Below the pieces are notes generated by a model, which was not told the origin of the DNA, did no database searches, and was given only the letters and a program-made list of their open reading frames with translations. A DNA stretch of 36,825 nucleotides. Origin: an uncultured Candidatus Saccharibacteria bacterium. GTDB taxonomy: Bacteria > Patescibacteriota > WWE3 > UBA101185 > UBA10185. Positions 33,300-36,825 of this stretch are shown here, one piece after another. Within the stretch, counting starts at the first letter, position 1; every line of letters begins with the position of its first letter. Position numbers and translations under genes: made by a program. The stretch covers positions 1 through 36,825 of the forward strand of contig CAZLZI010000002.1 in the NCBI GenBank assembly GCA_964563965.1, read 5' to 3'.

Positions 33300-34628
33300 T
33301 CAGTGATTTATGTTTAAATATAACTTCATATTCTTAAGATAAAGAGGTTGCTTTATAAGTGTAAATATTTCCCTTCGTTCTTGATTGGAACCGAATTTTA
33401 AAATGTGTTTTGCAAAAGTTTTAATATCAACTTCCTTTAATCTTCGTTTTTCCTCCTCGTTTTGGGAATCCTCATTCAAAATAGCTTTGAACTTTGCAAA
33501 CCTAGTATATTCCTCTTGTAATATTTTATTAAATTGCTCCTTATCTATTTCTACTTCATTAATAATTTCAACAAGTTGGGTTACAAGATCGTCTTCTCTT
33601 ATATAAGGTTCTTTACAATCAAAATCCTTATCTTTTCCTCTTAAACAGTGATAATAAACGTACTTTACTCTATCCCCATTCTTAAGTTGCTTTGTTCTTT
33701 CTTCACCTGTTAGGTGTGAACCGCACGTGGCGCACCTTATCGTTCGTGTAAAAGGAAAATCATGTTTCATGGAATTTGGTTTATCTGAAGTAGCTAACTT
33801 CTCCTGCACCTTGTTAAATAACCCTCTAGTTATTAACGGCTCGTGTTTACCTTTATACCAAGTCCCACTTCCGACTGGATATTCAAAATCACCACAGTAA
33901 AAAGGGTTTTTGAGTATTTCATAAAGTCTTCCAAGCGCCAACTTCTTACCTCGTCTTGATAAAAAGTTTTTCTCTTTGTCTAAATATCTTTTAACAGAAC
34001 GCCCGCTAAACCCACAATATGCAACCAATTCAAACATCTCTCTTAAGATGGGCGCTTTTACTTCATCTAAAACAAGGTCATTAACTCCATTAATAGTACG
34101 ATTATGATAACCAAGCGGTGACATACATGGTCTCCAACCTCGTTCACATTTTGCTCTAATACCCCGTTTAACATTTTCACCTCTATGGTCATTTTCAAGT
34201 TTTGCCTGAGAGCAAAGTATCATAAGCAAAAACTTTTCGTTTGGATTATTGGAAAATGTTTGTGAATAAGTTTTTATATGAAGTAACTGTTTACGATCCA
34301 TTAAATCAACCAAGGCACCTAAGTCTCCCGCATTTCTACTTAACCTGTCTGGTGCCCATGTAAGGATTGCATTAAACAAGCCTCTATCTATGTCGGCTAT
34401 TAACTGTTTGAAAACTGGTCTTGCTCCCGAGAGTTTTGCTGAATGGCTTTCTTGCCTTACCTCTAGAATATTTAGTTTTTCCTTTGTTGCCTGATCCATC
34501 ATTTCTTTGATTTGGGAATCGATCGACATCGCTTGCCGTTCGTCACTTTCTGTCGATTTTCTGGCGTAAAGGCAGTATCTAAGTTGTTGGTTCTCTTGTT
34601 CTGTCATCTTACACAATGGATGACGCAT
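33300..34628 (-). CDS. Large serine recombinase (resolvase catalytic domain, recombinase domain, zinc ribbon, coiled coil)
   Basis: YCLYARKSTESDERQAMSIDSQ (catalytic Ser in RKST) and DRLSRN. Recombinase domain with GWRPCMSPLGY. Zinc-ribbon-like CATCGSHLTGE...YYHC. Lys/Glu-rich C-terminal coiled coil. An alternative start is ATG 34607. Confidence 0.9.
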   Translation of the reverse strand: MRHPLCKMTEQENQQLRYCLYARKSTESDERQAMSIDSQIKEMMDQATKEKLNILEVRQESHSAKLSGARPVFKQLIADIDRGLFNAILTWAPDRLSRNAGDLGALVDLMDRKQLLHIKTYSQTFSNNPNEKFLLMILCSQAKLENDHRGENVKRGIRAKCERGWRPCMSPLGYHNRTINGVNDLVLDEVKAPILREMFELVAYCGFSGRSVKRYLDKEKNFLSRRGKKLALGRLYEILKNPFYCGDFEYPVGSGTWYKGKHEPLITRGLFNKVQEKLATSDKPNSMKHDFPFTRTIRCATCGSHLTGEERTKQLKNGDRVKYVYYHCLRGKDKDFDCKEPYIREDDLVTQLVEIINEVEIDKEQFNKILQEEYTRFAKFKAILNEDSQNEEEKRRLKEVDIKTFAKHILKFGSNQERREIFTLIKQPLYLKNMKLYLNINH

Positions 34629-34633
34629 AAACG

Positions 34634-34661
34634 TTGTCTAGTCAACTCTTGGTGATATAAT
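34634..34661 (+). promoter_or_regulatory. Promoter TTGTCT-16nt-TGaTATAAT, 6 nt upstream of GTG 34668
   Basis: TTGTCT at 34634-34639. Extended -10 tgatataat at 34653-34661. It lies in the 39-nt divergent region shared with the recombinase gene. Confidence 0.5.
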
Positions 34662-34667
34662 GCCTTT

Positions 34668-35591
34668 GTGCCGCTATTCGATCTAAATAATCACAAAGTA
34701 ATAGAAATTCCTGAAATTGATTTTTCACTAGAGAAAGAACTTCAAACACTAGTAGAAAATAATATTGAAAAGATTTTTAATCTTAAATTTGTTAGAACTG
34801 AACTGCAAATAAACGATTTAAGAATTGATAGCCTTGCGTTTGACGAGGAAAATAACTCTTTTGTAATTATTGAGTATAAAAGAGACAAGAATTTTAGTGT
34901 AATTGACCAAGGTATGTCATATTTAGCACTTATGCTTAATCACAAAGCTGATTTCGTTCTTGCATCTAATGAGTCAGGAAATCCTGTAAAAATAAGCGAT
35001 ATTGATTGGACACAATCGAAGGTATTGTTTTTAGCGCAAAGCTTTACAAAATATCAACGAAACGCTGTAAACTTTCGCGATTTACCAATTGAATTATGGG
35101 AAGTTAGGAAATACAAAAACGGCACCTTATTTCTTAATCAAATAAAGTCTGACCCTAACAGCGAATCTTTTCACAAAGTAGTAGGTCAAAATGAGGTACT
35201 TAAAAAAATAAGCTCAGAAGTTAAGCTATATCAAGTAGAAGATCATCTTAATAACATCCCAGAAAACGTTAAAAACCTATATCAAGAACTTTCAGAAAAG
35301 CTATTAGATTTGGACGATAGGCTTGAAATAAATTCAAGAAAAAAATATATTGGGTTTATGATTGACGGTAAAAATACTGTTGCAATACTAGTTTATAAAA
35401 ACCATCTTACGTTGGCATTTGGTAGAACAAGACCTGAAGATCTTACTGATATAGAACACAAATTAAAATACAGACCTTCAAGTATGAAAAATCAAAATCA
35501 GCATATTTCCGATTTAAAGATTGAGAACACCGAGGACATAAACTATGGTGTACAGCTTGCACGCGAGCTTCTGGAAAAACATTTCAAATAA
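34668..35591 (+). CDS. NucS/RecB-like PD-(D/E)xK nuclease domain protein with a C-terminal DUF5655-like domain
   Basis: D54...E69-x-K71...Q81xxxY85 (RIDSLAF...VIIEYKRD...DQGMSY). The C-terminal KKYIGFMIDGKNTVAILVYKNHLTLAF...ISDLKIENTEDINYGVQLARELLEKH matches my memory of the DUF5655 pattern. GTG start. Confidence 0.75.
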   Translation: MPLFDLNNHKVIEIPEIDFSLEKELQTLVENNIEKIFNLKFVRTELQINDLRIDSLAFDEENNSFVIIEYKRDKNFSVIDQGMSYLALMLNHKADFVLASNESGNPVKISDIDWTQSKVLFLAQSFTKYQRNAVNFRDLPIELWEVRKYKNGTLFLNQIKSDPNSESFHKVVGQNEVLKKISSEVKLYQVEDHLNNIPENVKNLYQELSEKLLDLDDRLEINSRKKYIGFMIDGKNTVAILVYKNHLTLAFGRTRPEDLTDIEHKLKYRPSSMKNQNQHISDLKIENTEDINYGVQLARELLEKHFK

Positions 35592-35601
35592 CTGCGGTAC
35601 T

Positions 35602-36684
35602 CTATGATTCTAGTGTCTCTTTAGTTGCCTTAATAATCTCATCAACCTGGCCTGACCAATCCTCAATATCGTGCATCTTAAATTGCTTACCAGTTAGAGT
35701 ATCCACTAGATTGGTATGTTCTTTGAGTTTCTCCAGGAATATATCTCGATATTTTATCGCGGTCTCTGTGCTATCAAGCCAGCCGTAGTTAAATACAAGC
35801 TTTCCATCAGTTAAAACACTGTACATTGATTTTGGTGAAACTTTGTAAGATACGGCACTAAAAGAACCATCTTTTATTCCTGTTCCCCATTTTATTTGAT
35901 CGAAGTTACCCTTAGTAAATTCGTACAACTTTTTAACTACAGATATGTAACTCACATCCACTTTCTTTTGAAGATCTTCAAAAAACATTTCTTCATTCCA
36001 TGTTTTTCTTTGTGATGACGATCTGGATGTTGCAACATCAATGTCTTTTTTGATTTCATTTCCAAAAAGCTTCGGGATCATAAGTTCGTGATCTTTAAAT
36101 TTGTAATACTCTAGTTCTACAGCAAACACATCGAATTGACTGTTTTTGTTAATAAATAATATTAGATCTTTCAGTCTATCTTCTAAGTGATCCATTAGTA
36201 CCACAAATCTGAATATCCCTTTGTTTAAATTCTGCTTAATGTTTTCAATTAGATCCTCAACCTGTGACTCTTCCTCAAATCCGAAAAACTCAGTAATTTT
36301 TTCATTCATGCTTTTGCCAAACTTCTTGCTTGCTCCGTTTTCTAGTTTTGTAAGAAAGTCAGAAAAGTCGTTGTAATATGACCATATTGAAGCACCGTAA
36401 TCCAGTGCCTGTGCCACAACAGTCCGTTTATCTGGATTCTTATATAGTTTTGTTTCTACTATGTAGATATTTCCGTTTATATCTATACCGATCGCATCAA
36501 TAGGTCCGCTATTAGTGGGAAATTCACGCATTAATATTAAGACCTTAATATCTTCATCAATCTCATACATTGGTAGTGTTTCAGGGTTTTCATAAATGTA
36601 TTCTTGCAATTCCTTTTCATCAGAAAAATCCTGACGGTCTAGCTTTTGTGCATTCTTACCTTTTTCAGTAATTATTACTGTCAT
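35602..36684 (-). CDS. NucS/RecB-like PD-(D/E)xK nuclease domain protein (homolog of the 34668-35591 N-domain) with a distinct C-terminal domain
   Basis: D63...E77-x-K79...Q92xxxY96 (PIDAIGID...IYIVETKLY...AQALDY). The N-terminal motif DFSDEKELQEYIYEN matches DFSLEKELQTLVENN of the neighbouring gene. GGAGG Shine-Dalgarno sequence 4 nt before the ATG. Confidence 0.75.
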   Translation of the reverse strand: MTVIITEKGKNAQKLDRQDFSDEKELQEYIYENPETLPMYEIDEDIKVLILMREFPTNSGPIDAIGIDINGNIYIVETKLYKNPDKRTVVAQALDYGASIWSYYNDFSDFLTKLENGASKKFGKSMNEKITEFFGFEEESQVEDLIENIKQNLNKGIFRFVVLMDHLEDRLKDLILFINKNSQFDVFAVELEYYKFKDHELMIPKLFGNEIKKDIDVATSRSSSQRKTWNEEMFFEDLQKKVDVSYISVVKKLYEFTKGNFDQIKWGTGIKDGSFSAVSYKVSPKSMYSVLTDGKLVFNYGWLDSTETAIKYRDIFLEKLKEHTNLVDTLTGKQFKMHDIEDWSGQVDEIIKATKETLES

Positions 36685-36825
36685 ATAACCTCCAAACTTA
36701 TTAACTTTTTACTTGTGTGGATTGATGACGCAAAGTGCCTATTAATGCAAGAGTAATCTATATTTTTAACTGCTTCGCAAGCTTGTATGTTTATGCTAGG
36801 ACTGTAATACATAAAAAGGGACTAC

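Larger units (their letters stand above)
31518..36825. mobile_element. Putative integrated accessory element or genomic island downstream of tRNA-Gly. The right boundary is not in the window and the left boundary is tentative.
   Basis: It is tRNA-adjacent with decayed tRNA-3'-like repeats. It carries a large serine recombinase, a lysin-like M23/LysM gene and nuclease genes. By eye it is more AT-rich than 14-31 kb. No att sites were identified. Confidence 0.3.

Noticed and set aside
1-36825. Possible alternative genetic code (UGA recoding, as in some candidate phyla).
   Set aside because: TGA ends conserved genes at the expected C-termini (rsmI 19618-19620, permease 24962-24964, ManC-like 31419-31421). 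No conserved gene needs read-through of any stop codon.

Overview
This is a 36.8-kb chromosomal segment from a compact, AT-rich bacterial genome that uses the standard code (TGA ends conserved genes). I can support 30 protein-coding genes and 5 tRNA genes: Arg-TCG, Lys-CTT, Leu-CAG, Leu-GAG and Gly-GCC, all with encoded CCA. Coding density is extreme, and several convergent gene pairs abut or share stop codons. From start to end the window holds five blocks. (1) A 1960-aa N-terminally anchored surface protein (LamG, 14 Kelch-like blades, Fn3 array) is translationally coupled to a MacB/FtsEX-type ABC ATPase and permease. (2) A housekeeping stretch follows: TrmH-like, GreA-like, trans-polyprenyl synthase, a GT2 fusion, rpmG, leuS, RsmB-like, DsbA-like, rsmI, HelD-like and dgkA. 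(3) Next is a MacA/MacB-like efflux operon with two tandem permeases. (4) A co-oriented block interleaved with tRNAs carries a PP2C-like phosphatase, an MFS transporter, a glycosyltransferase and a sugar-1-P nucleotidyltransferase. (5) Downstream of tRNA-Gly sits an accessory block: NUDIX, an M23/LysM lysin-like protein, HIT, a large serine recombinase and two convergent NucS-like PD-(D/E)xK nuclease genes. The gene style suggests a small-genome, possibly Patescibacteria/CPR-like organism, but that is inference only. Four candidates stand out: (i) the giant protein with an apparently split LamG domain, together with its coupled ABC module; (ii) the recombinase-linked pair of homologous nuclease genes, a candidate uncharacterised defence or mobile module; (iii) an apparently circularly permuted DsbA-like oxidoreductase; (iv) a pervasive start architecture with a -10 box 6-8 nt upstream of the start codon, which predicts leaderless mRNAs. 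All family assignments come from motif recognition by eye; no database search was run.
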